Below, piece by piece: positions 42,955 through 50,966 of a stretch of 64,000 bases of DNA. Under the pieces are notes generated by a model that was not told the origin of the DNA, searched no databases, and was given only the letters and a program-made list of their open reading frames with translations. The translations under genes and the position numbers were made by a program. How positions within the stretch are numbered: position 1 is the stretch's first letter; every line of letters starts with the position of its first letter. The stretch lies in contig CAXXLV010000001.1 of NCBI GenBank assembly GCA_963664305.2, positions 864,001 through 928,000 on the forward strand, read 5' to 3'. The stretch is from an uncultured Aliarcobacter sp. Its GTDB lineage: Bacteria > Campylobacterota > Campylobacteria > Campylobacterales > Arcobacteraceae.

Positions 42955-42991
42955 TGCAACTAAGTTGCACATAAGATTACTCTGTTATAAT
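42955..42991 (+). promoter_or_regulatory. ribA promoter: TGCAAC-N3-GTTGCA box plus extended -10
   Basis: TGCAACTAAGTTGCA (42955-42969), 16 nt, TATAAT (42986-42991) preceded by TGT. Confidence 0.65.
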
Positions 42992-43014
42992 TGATTGAAA
43001 AAAGAGAATTAAAA

Positions 43015-43590
43015 ATGAATATAATGCAATCAAATATAGCAAAATTACCAACAAAATTTGGGAAATTCCAAGTAAAAGCATACAAAGATGGAGTTCAAGA
43101 ACATCTAGCAATAATGAGTCAGAATTTTGAAACTTTAGAAATTCCATATGTAAGAATTCATTCAGAATGTTTAACTGGAGATACATTAGGAAGTCTAAAA
43201 TGTGATTGTCAAAATCAACTTGATTTATCACTAAAATTTATAGCACAAAATGGTGGATTAGTAATTTATCATAGACAAGAAGGTAGAAACATAGGTCTTG
43301 TTAATAAAATTAATGCTTATGCTTTACAAGATTTAGGAAGAAATACTATTGAAGCAAATCTTGAATTAGGTTTTAAAGAGGATGAAAGAGACTATTCAAT
43401 AGTTGGATATGTACTAAAAGATTTAGGAATAAAAAGATTAAAATTAATAACAAATAATCCTAAAAAGATAGAATATATTGAATCTTTAGGTGTAGAAATA
43501 AAAGAGAGAATACCTGCAATAATAAAAGCAAATAAATATAATGAAGGTTATCTATCTACAAAAAAAAATAAAATGGGGCATTTGCTTTAA
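43015..43590 (+). CDS. ribA: GTP cyclohydrolase II
   Basis: LPTKFG, VRIHSECLTGD..GSLKCDC, QEGRNIGL, TNNPKK; start at ATG 43015, downstream of the -10 box. Confidence 0.96.
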   Translation: MNIMQSNIAKLPTKFGKFQVKAYKDGVQEHLAIMSQNFETLEIPYVRIHSECLTGDTLGSLKCDCQNQLDLSLKFIAQNGGLVIYHRQEGRNIGLVNKINAYALQDLGRNTIEANLELGFKEDERDYSIVGYVLKDLGIKRLKLITNNPKKIEYIESLGVEIKERIPAIIKANKYNEGYLSTKKNKMGHLL

Positions 43591-43611
43591 TCTAAAAAAG
43601 GATAAAAAGAT

Positions 43612-44211
43612 ATGAGTCAACAAGAATTTTGGAATGGAAAATTTTCAAAAGATGAATTTTTTTATGGACTTAATCCAAATAAATTTTTAGCTTCACAAAT
43701 AGAATATTTTAATAATCATAAAAAAATATTGTGTTTAGGTGAGGGAGAAGGAAGAAACGCAATATTTTTTGCAAAAGAGGGTTTTTCTGTAAGTGCAATT
43801 GATGCATCAGATGTTGGATTAGAAAAATTAAATAAAAGAGCAAAAGAAGAAAAACTTGATATAAAAACTATTTGTATGGATTTGAATTTTTGGGAAATAA
43901 ATGAAAAATATGACGTAATCATGGCCTCATATTTACACATGTTTAAAAATGAAAGAGAAGAGTTATTTGAAAAAATAGAAAAATCATTAAATAGTGGTGG
44001 TTACTTTGTGGGTGAATTTTTTTCAACAAAACAATTAGAGTTTAATAGTGGTGGTCCAAAAGATTTAGATTTACTTTATACTATTGAAGATTTTATGAAA
44101 TATTTTAGTTTATGTGAAAAAAATATTACAGAAGAAATTGTAATTTTAGATGAAGGAAAAGGCCATCAAGGTGAGGCTTGTGTTATAAGAGTTAAAATTA
44201 AAAAGATTTAA
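43612..44211 (+). CDS. Class I SAM-dependent methyltransferase (TehB-like)
   Basis: LCLGEGEGRNA, GGPKD, EGKGHQG. Confidence 0.88.
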   Translation: MSQQEFWNGKFSKDEFFYGLNPNKFLASQIEYFNNHKKILCLGEGEGRNAIFFAKEGFSVSAIDASDVGLEKLNKRAKEEKLDIKTICMDLNFWEINEKYDVIMASYLHMFKNEREELFEKIEKSLNSGGYFVGEFFSTKQLEFNSGGPKDLDLLYTIEDFMKYFSLCEKNITEEIVILDEGKGHQGEACVIRVKIKKI

Positions 44212-44292
44212 TTTAACATCTTTTAACCACTCTTTAAATATACTATCTAATAAATATTATCAAAAACAATTATAATTAATAAAAGAGAATTA

Positions 44293-47200
44293 ATGAAAGA
44301 ATTAATAGAAGATTTAATTAGTAAAAAAGTACTAATTATCGATGGAGCGATGGGAACACAGCTTCAAATTGCAGAAATAAAAGATGAGGAATGGATTTTT
44401 GAAGAACAAAATCTAGAAGGTTGTAATGAACTTTTAAATCTTACTGCGCCACATATATTAGAAACTATTCATGATAACTATGCAAAAGCTGGTGCTGATT
44501 TAATTTGTACAAATACTTTTGGTTCTATGCCTTGGGTTTTAGATGAATATAATATCGGACATATGTCTTATGAGTTATCGAAGCTAGGTGCAAGTTTAGT
44601 AAAAAAATCTTGTGAAAAATATAGCACACCTGAAAAACCTAGATTTGCTGTAGCATCAATTGGACCTGGAACAAAACTTCCATCACTTGGTCATATAAAA
44701 TATGATGAGATGTATGAAGGTTATAAAATCATGGCTAAAGGTTTAGTTGATGGTGGAACTGATATCTTTTTACTTGAAACATGCCAAGATCCGCTTCAAA
44801 TAAAAGCAGCACTTCATGCACTAAATGATGTGGCACCACAAATTCCAATTATGGTTTCTGTTACTATTGAGTTAAGTGGTACTATGCTTATTGGAACAGA
44901 TGCAATGACAATTGCAGCTATTATGGCACCATTTAATATTTTATCTTTAGGATTTAATTGTGGAACTGGACCTGTTCAAGTACATAAACATATTAAAACA
45001 TTAAGCCAAGTTTGTAAGTTTCCAATTTCAGTACACTCAAATGCAGGACTTCCTCAAAATAGAGGCGGAAAAACTTATTATCCAATGCAACCAGAAGAGT
45101 TTACAGCACATCAAAAAGAGTTTTTAAAAATAAATGGAGTTTCATTTTTAGGTGGTTGTTGTGGTACAACACCTGAACATATTGAAGCTTTGGCAAAAGC
45201 AGTTGAAAATGAAGTTCCATTAAAACCTTGTGGATTTTTAAAAGCTTCATTAGCAAGTTTATTTAATACAGTTCCTTTAAAACAAGAGCCAGCACCACTT
45301 TTAATTGGTGAGAGAAGTAATGCAACTGGAAGTAAGGCTTTTAGAGAATTATTAAAAGAGAATGATTATGAAGGTACATTAAGTGTTGGTCAACAGCAAG
45401 TAAGAGCTGGTGCTCACGTAATTGATGTTTCTGTTGGATTTGCAGGTCGAGATGAAAGAAAAGATATGGATGAGGTTGTTTCCCTTTATTCACAAAAAAT
45501 TTCACTTCCTTTAATGCCAGATTCAACTCAAATTTTAGCACTTGAGGCAGCACTTAAACAAATTGGTGGAAGATGTATCATCAACTCTGTAAATCTTGAA
45601 GATGGAGAAGAGAAGTTTGATGCTGTTTGTAAATTAGCTAAAAAATTTGGTGCAGCACTTGTTTGTCTTGTAATTGATGAAATTGGAATGGCAAAATCGG
45701 TTGAGAGAAAACTAGAAGTTGCTGAGAGAATTTATGACTTATGTGTAAATAGACATGGCTTTGACCCTGCTGATTTAGTATTTGATATGCTTACATTTAC
45801 TATTGGTTCAGGTGATGATGAGTACAGAAATGCAGGTATTGATACACTTGAAGCTATACGTGAGTTCCAAATCAGACATCCAGAAGTTGGTACTACTTTA
45901 GGTTTATCAAATATCTCTTTTGGACTTGCAACAAATGCTAGAATTTATTTAAATTCTATCTATCTTGACCATTGTGTAAAAGCTGGATTAACATCTGCTA
46001 TTGTAAATGTAAAACATATTTTACCTCTAAATAAAATTAGTGATGAAGACAGAAAAGCTTGTGATGATTTAATTTTCAATAACCAAGAAAATGGTGACCC
46101 TTTATTTAAATTTATTGAACATTTTTCAAATGTTGGAGCACAAGAAGAACAAAGTGATGAAGAATATCAAAAACTAGAACCTATTGAAAAAGTAAAAAAA
46201 CTATTACTTGATGGAGATAAAGATAGATTATTACCACTTGTTGAAGAGTTAAGACATACAGTTCAACCAGAAATTATCGTAAATGAGTGGTTGATTGATG
46301 GTATGAAAATTATTGGAGAGTTATTTGGTAGTGGGCAAATGCAGTTACCATTTGTTCTTCAAAGTGCAGAAACTATGAAGGCAACTGTTGATGCACTTAA
46401 TCCATATTTACCAAAACAAGAGAAAGCCAGTGAAACAACGCTAATTTTGGGAACTGTAAAAGGTGATGTTCATGATGTTGGTAAAAACTTAGTTGATATT
46501 ATACTTTCAAACAATGGATTTAAAGTTGTAAATATTGGTATAAAAGCTGGTTTAGATACTTTTGTTGAAAAACTTCAAGAACATAATGCTCATGCAATTG
46601 GAATGAGTGGATTACTTGTTAAATCAACAGCCGTTATGAAAGAAAATCTTGAAGAGTTACAAAAAATGGGAATTAAAGTTCCTGTACTTTTAGGTGGAGC
46701 AGCACTTACTAAAAACTTTATTGATGAGTATTGCAGACCTTATTATGATGGACCAATTTTTTATTGTAGAGATGCGTTTGATGGTGTTGTTTCTATGCAA
46801 AGAATTGAAAAAGGTGATGAAAATAATACTGCACTTGCTGCTGATTTAATTCAAATCCATGATACAAGTGATAGAGTTGAAGAAGAAGTTGTAGAAATTC
46901 CACCTTATGAAGAAATACCAATGCCAGAACGTGGAAAATTTGTATTCCCTCCAATTTGGGATAGAATCACAAAAACTGGAAAAAAACTAGATAAAGAGTT
47001 GATTTTCAAATGGATAAATCACAGGGTTTTATTTAGACAAAGATGGGGATATAAAAGAGGTAAACAAGACTCTGAAACTTTCTTAAAATATGAAAAAGAA
47101 GTGGTTGAGCCAACTTATGAAGCTTTAAAAGCTGAATTAGTTGACAAAGATATTTTTGACCCAATTGCAATTTATGCTTATTATCCTTGTATTTCACATG

Positions 47201-47769
47201 ATAATAAACTTTATATTTTTGATAGAAAATATTTATTTAATACACTTGAAGAGTCTAAAAATGTACCACCATTAAGTGAAGCGATAAAAGTTTTAGAGTT
47301 CCCAAGACAAAAAAGAAAACCATTTAGATGTATTGCAGATTTCTTTGCAAATGATAGACTTGATGTGGTTGCCTTTACACTTGCAAGTGCTGGGCTTAAA
47401 ATCTCTGATTATGAAAGAAGTTTATACGATAAAGGTGAATTTACAAAATATTATCAAGTTCACGGACTTGGAGTGGAACTTGCTGAAGCATTAGCAGAAG
47501 TTTTACATAAGCAAATAAGACTTGATTTGGATATTGTACCAAAAGAGGGACATACTTTAAATGATGTTCAAATGAAACAATATGTAGGTTGTAGATACTC
47601 TCCAGGATATGCAGCTTGTCCAGATTTAGCTATGAATAGAGATATTTTTGATTTATTAAATCCAGAAGAGTTTGGAATAGAATTATCTGAAACATTCCAA
47701 ATGCATCCAGAACAAACAACTTGTGCAATAGTTGTAACTAACCCAGAAGCAAATTACTACAATATCTAA
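44293..47769 (+). CDS. metH: Cobalamin-dependent methionine synthase
   Basis: DGAMGT, GGCCGT, IGERSN, GDVHDVGKN B12 motif, RYSPGYAACP. Confidence 0.97.
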   Translation: MKELIEDLISKKVLIIDGAMGTQLQIAEIKDEEWIFEEQNLEGCNELLNLTAPHILETIHDNYAKAGADLICTNTFGSMPWVLDEYNIGHMSYELSKLGASLVKKSCEKYSTPEKPRFAVASIGPGTKLPSLGHIKYDEMYEGYKIMAKGLVDGGTDIFLLETCQDPLQIKAALHALNDVAPQIPIMVSVTIELSGTMLIGTDAMTIAAIMAPFNILSLGFNCGTGPVQVHKHIKTLSQVCKFPISVHSNAGLPQNRGGKTYYPMQPEEFTAHQKEFLKINGVSFLGGCCGTTPEHIEALAKAVENEVPLKPCGFLKASLASLFNTVPLKQEPAPLLIGERSNATGSKAFRELLKENDYEGTLSVGQQQVRAGAHVIDVSVGFAGRDERKDMDEVVSLYSQKISLPLMPDSTQILALEAALKQIGGRCIINSVNLEDGEEKFDAVCKLAKKFGAALVCLVIDEIGMAKSVERKLEVAERIYDLCVNRHGFDPADLVFDMLTFTIGSGDDEYRNAGIDTLEAIREFQIRHPEVGTTLGLSNISFGLATNARIYLNSIYLDHCVKAGLTSAIVNVKHILPLNKISDEDRKACDDLIFNNQENGDPLFKFIEHFSNVGAQEEQSDEEYQKLEPIEKVKKLLLDGDKDRLLPLVEELRHTVQPEIIVNEWLIDGMKIIGELFGSGQMQLPFVLQSAETMKATVDALNPYLPKQEKASETTLILGTVKGDVHDVGKNLVDIILSNNGFKVVNIGIKAGLDTFVEKLQEHNAHAIGMSGLLVKSTAVMKENLEELQKMGIKVPVLLGGAALTKNFIDEYCRPYYDGPIFYCRDAFDGVVSMQRIEKGDENNTALAADLIQIHDTSDRVEEEVVEIPPYEEIPMPERGKFVFPPIWDRITKTGKKLDKELIFKWINHRVLFRQRWGYKRGKQDSETFLKYEKEVVEPTYEALKAELVDKDIFDPIAIYAYYPCISHDNKLYIFDRKYLFNTLEESKNVPPLSEAIKVLEFPRQKRKPFRCIADFFANDRLDVVAFTLASAGLKISDYERSLYDKGEFTKYYQVHGLGVELAEALAEVLHKQIRLDLDIVPKEGHTLNDVQMKQYVGCRYSPGYAACPDLAMNRDIFDLLNPEEFGIELSETFQMHPEQTTCAIVVTNPEANYYNI

Positions 47770-47787
47770 GAGTTTTTTCTCTTAGAT
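47764..47787 (+). terminator. Hairpin after metH
   Basis: ATCTAAGAG-TTTTTT-CTCTTAGAT. Confidence 0.55.
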
Positions 47788-47819
47788 TATTTATTATATC
47801 AATCAATTAGGAATTAAAA

Positions 47820-48686
47820 TTGTCAAATAGTGCAAAAGGATTACTCCTTACATCTTTAGGTGTATTTATAATGAGTTTAGAATCATTATTTATAAAATTT
47901 ACAAACATATCATCTTTTCTTTTTTCATTTTATATTGGAATATTTATGTTCGCTTCAATGGCTTCAACATTTTTATTTAAAGATTTTGATTATTTAAAAA
48001 AGGCTTTGAAAACATCTTTTCCATTTTTATTAATTTGTTCAACTTTTATGGCTGTATCAAATATATTTTTTATAACAGCAGTAAAAACAACAACAGTTGC
48101 AAATGTAGTAATCATATTTAGTACATCAGCACTTTTTTCTGCGTTAATTGGATATTTAGTTTATAAAGAAAAAGTAAATAAAAATATCTATTATGCCTCT
48201 TTTTTTATGTTTATTGGATTATTTATAATATTTAATGATAAGTTAGAAATAGGAAGTGTAGAAGGTAATATTTTTGCTTTATTATGTACTTTACTTTTTT
48301 CTGTTTCTTTTGTTTTATTATCAAAATATAAAGATATGAATAGAGTAGTTTTAACTGCATTTAGTGGAGCAATTTTAAGTATTATTGCATTTTTCTTTTG
48401 TGATGAATTAGCAATTGATTTTAAAACTTTAGTAATTGTTATGGTAATGGGATTATTAATAAGTCCAATTTCAAGAGTATTATTAGGAACAGGTGCAAAA
48501 TATATAAATGCTAGTGAAGTATCACTTTTAATGCTAATAGAAACAATAATGGCACCAATTTGGGTTTGGATATTTTTAGATGAGGTTCCAAGTTCTTATA
48601 CTTTTATAGGTGGTTCTATAATTGTAATTACACTTATAATAAACTCTTTATACACTTTAAAAAGAGAAAATAAACTTCCTAATTAG
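47820..48686 (+). CDS. DMT/EamA family transporter
   Basis: About ten TM helices in two EamA repeats; TTG start after AGGA. Confidence 0.88.
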   Translation: MSNSAKGLLLTSLGVFIMSLESLFIKFTNISSFLFSFYIGIFMFASMASTFLFKDFDYLKKALKTSFPFLLICSTFMAVSNIFFITAVKTTTVANVVIIFSTSALFSALIGYLVYKEKVNKNIYYASFFMFIGLFIIFNDKLEIGSVEGNIFALLCTLLFSVSFVLLSKYKDMNRVVLTAFSGAILSIIAFFFCDELAIDFKTLVIVMVMGLLISPISRVLLGTGAKYINASEVSLLMLIETIMAPIWVWIFLDEVPSSYTFIGGSIIVITLIINSLYTLKRENKLPN

Positions 48687-48696
48687 GAAGTTTATT
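48669..48696. repeat. 28-bp perfect palindrome spanning overlapping convergent stop codons; probable bidirectional terminator
   Basis: AATAAACTTCCTAATTAGGAAGTTTATT equals its reverse complement. Confidence 0.85.
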
Positions 48697-49122
48697 ACAT
48701 TTTGTACATTTAGCATCAAGGCTATATTTACCAGCACCTATAAACATAATAGAAACTGCAACTAAAAGATAAATCAAAGGAAGTTCAATAACTGGACCAC
48801 CAGTTTTTCCTAATGTAAAAATATCTGCACTATGAGCTAAAAATATTGCAAAAACCATAGTTAAAGCAAAAAACAAAGATGAAATTCTCGTAAATAAACC
48901 AAAAATTATAAAAATTGGGAAAACAATCTCTCCAAAATAAACACCATATGCTATAAATTCAGGAAGTCCAGCTTGTGTAACTAAAAATTTTATTCCATCT
49001 ATTCCATTAAAAAGTTTTGCAAATCCATGAAATAACATCAATCCAGCGATACTTAATCTTAAAATTAATTTACCAATATCTTCGTTTAAAGAACAAGCTA
49101 ATTTATTCTCACAACTCGTCAT
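48679..49122 (-). CDS. DoxX family membrane protein
   Basis: LILR...HGFAKL, GLFTR, GAGKYSLD. Confidence 0.92.
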   Translation of the reverse strand: MTSCENKLACSLNEDIGKLILRLSIAGLMLFHGFAKLFNGIDGIKFLVTQAGLPEFIAYGVYFGEIVFPIFIIFGLFTRISSLFFALTMVFAIFLAHSADIFTLGKTGGPVIELPLIYLLVAVSIMFIGAGKYSLDAKCTKCNKLPN

Positions 49123-49219
49123 AATAATTCCTTTTATTTTTAATTTTTGGAGTTATATCTTTTTAATATTAAGTAACTGTTTAGTATGATGAGTAATAAT
49201 ATTCTAAAAAGGGTTTCAC

Positions 49220-50353
49220 ATGACATATACATATTTTAATCCAACAGTTATAGAGTTTGGCGAAGGAAAAATAAAATCAATAACTAAATATATTGATAAA
49301 AATTTAAAAGTATTAGTTGTTTATGGTGGAGGAAGTATCAAAAAAAATGGAGTTTATGAACAAGTTTCAAAAGCTTTAGAAGGTTATACTTGGTTTGAAT
49401 TTGGTGGAGTAGAACCAAATCCATCTGTTGAAACTTTAAATAAAGCAGTTGCTTTAATCAAAGAAAAAAATATAGATTTTGTTTTAGCTGTTGGTGGTGG
49501 TTCAGTTATTGATGGAAGTAAATATTTAGTTGCTAGTGCTCTTTATGATGGAGATGGTTGGGATTTCTTAGAAGGAAAAACTATAGAAAAAGCTTTACCT
49601 TTAGGTGCAATTTTGACAATACCTGCAACAGGAAGTGAATCAAATGGAACAGCAGTTATTTCAAAAAAATCAACAAATGAAAAAAGATATTTTGGTTCAT
49701 CTATAACTTATCCAAAATTTGCAGTTTTAGACCCAACAATTATGAGTAGTTTAGATGATAGATTATTGGCAAATGGCTTAGTTGATGCTTTTGTTCATAC
49801 ATGTGAACAATATCTAACTTATCCAAACACATCTCTTTTACATGATGGATACGCACATACAATTTTAAGAGGTTTACATAATTTATCATTAAATTGGAAA
49901 GATAGAAAAACTCTTGTTTGGCAAGAAAATTTAATGCTTTTAGCAAATCAAGCTTTAAATGGTTTTATAGGTTCTGGTGTTCCTCAAGATTGGGCAACAC
50001 ATATGATTGGTCATGAAATAACAGCATTTTATGGACTTGACCATGGACGAAGTTTAGCTGTTGTTCAACCACATCTTTTAAGGGTTATGATGGAAGATAA
50101 AAAAGATAAACTAACTCTTATGGGAAAAGAAGTTTTTGATATGCCACATAATTATGAAATGGTAGTTGAAGCAATAGAATATATGTATAAAAGTATAGGT
50201 GTTTCAACAAAATTAAAAGATTATGATGTTGATGATAAAGTTATTGAAAATATAACAGGTGCATTAAAAAAACATGGTATGACAGCTATCGGAGAAAGAG
50301 GAAATATTACTTTAGAAAAAGTAGAAAGAATTCTTAAAATGTCTTTGAATTAA
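49220..50353 (+). CDS. Iron-containing alcohol dehydrogenase (YqhD/BdhA-like)
   Basis: GGGSIKKNG, GGGSVIDG, PATGSESN, DWATHMIGHE, LDHG. Confidence 0.93.
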   Translation: MTYTYFNPTVIEFGEGKIKSITKYIDKNLKVLVVYGGGSIKKNGVYEQVSKALEGYTWFEFGGVEPNPSVETLNKAVALIKEKNIDFVLAVGGGSVIDGSKYLVASALYDGDGWDFLEGKTIEKALPLGAILTIPATGSESNGTAVISKKSTNEKRYFGSSITYPKFAVLDPTIMSSLDDRLLANGLVDAFVHTCEQYLTYPNTSLLHDGYAHTILRGLHNLSLNWKDRKTLVWQENLMLLANQALNGFIGSGVPQDWATHMIGHEITAFYGLDHGRSLAVVQPHLLRVMMEDKKDKLTLMGKEVFDMPHNYEMVVEAIEYMYKSIGVSTKLKDYDVDDKVIENITGALKKHGMTAIGERGNITLEKVERILKMSLN

Positions 50354-50380
50354 TTTAAAGTAGCAATTGCTACTTTAAAT
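50353..50380. repeat. 28-bp perfect palindrome between convergent genes; probable bidirectional terminator
   Basis: ATTTAAAGTAGCAATTGCTACTTTAAAT equals its reverse complement. Confidence 0.85.
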
Positions 50381-50966
50381 GATTTTGTAAAACTACATCA
50401 TGATATCTATTTAGTAATAATAAAGCTAAAATAGAACCAAATAAAGCCCATGCCATATCACTTTGCGTATCCCATAAATAACCTTGAGTTCCTAAAAAAT
50501 CATTTGCTGCTTCATTTGTAGCAATTGCAACCCACCATTCAACTAATTCATAAAATGCAGAAAGAGCTAAACAAAAACATACAATAAAAAAGTTTCTCCA
50601 AGCATTTATACTAATGATATTGTTTCTAATGATAATTTCCCTTGCAATCATAGCTGGAACAAATCCTTGAACAAGATGTCCCACTTTATCATAATCATTT
50701 CTATCTTGATTAAATAGTTCTTTTATATAGTCAAAAAAAGGTACTTCAGCATAAGTGTAGTGACCACCAATCATTAATATAATTGCATGAATTAAAATCA
50801 GAAAATATACTAGATTTGTAAACTTGAATTTTTTATAAGTCAAAATAAGAATAATTAGACCAATAATTGCTGGAAATACTTCTAAAAACCAAGTGAATAA
50901 ATCTTTTGGATTAATTACAGACCAAATAAAAACAATAAAAAAAATTAAAAGATAAGATTTAATCAT
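50370..50966 (-). CDS. DUF2238 (YjdF-like) membrane protein
   Basis: GGHYTYAEVP, RNDYDKVGH, YELVEWW, FLGTQG..WDTQSDM. Confidence 0.9.
   Translation of the reverse strand: MIKSYLLIFFIVFIWSVINPKDLFTWFLEVFPAIIGLIILILTYKKFKFTNLVYFLILIHAIILMIGGHYTYAEVPFFDYIKELFNQDRNDYDKVGHLVQGFVPAMIAREIIIRNNIISINAWRNFFIVCFCLALSAFYELVEWWVAIATNEAANDFLGTQGYLWDTQSDMAWALFGSILALLLLNRYHDVVLQNHLK

Noticed and set aside
40132..43568. A/T homopolymer runs of about 9 nt (40132-40140, 43560-43568) as phase-variation tracts
   Set aside because: Expected by chance at this AT content; reading frames are intact; no long G/C tracts of the Campylobacter contingency type were seen
44212..44292. Cobalamin or SAM riboswitch upstream of metH
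   Set aside because: Only 81 bp, AT-rich, no conserved riboswitch core
49123..49219. Possible operator (AAGTAAC...TAGTAT) in the divergent doxX/adh intergenic region
   Set aside because: Symmetry is too weak and no second copy or cognate regulator is present
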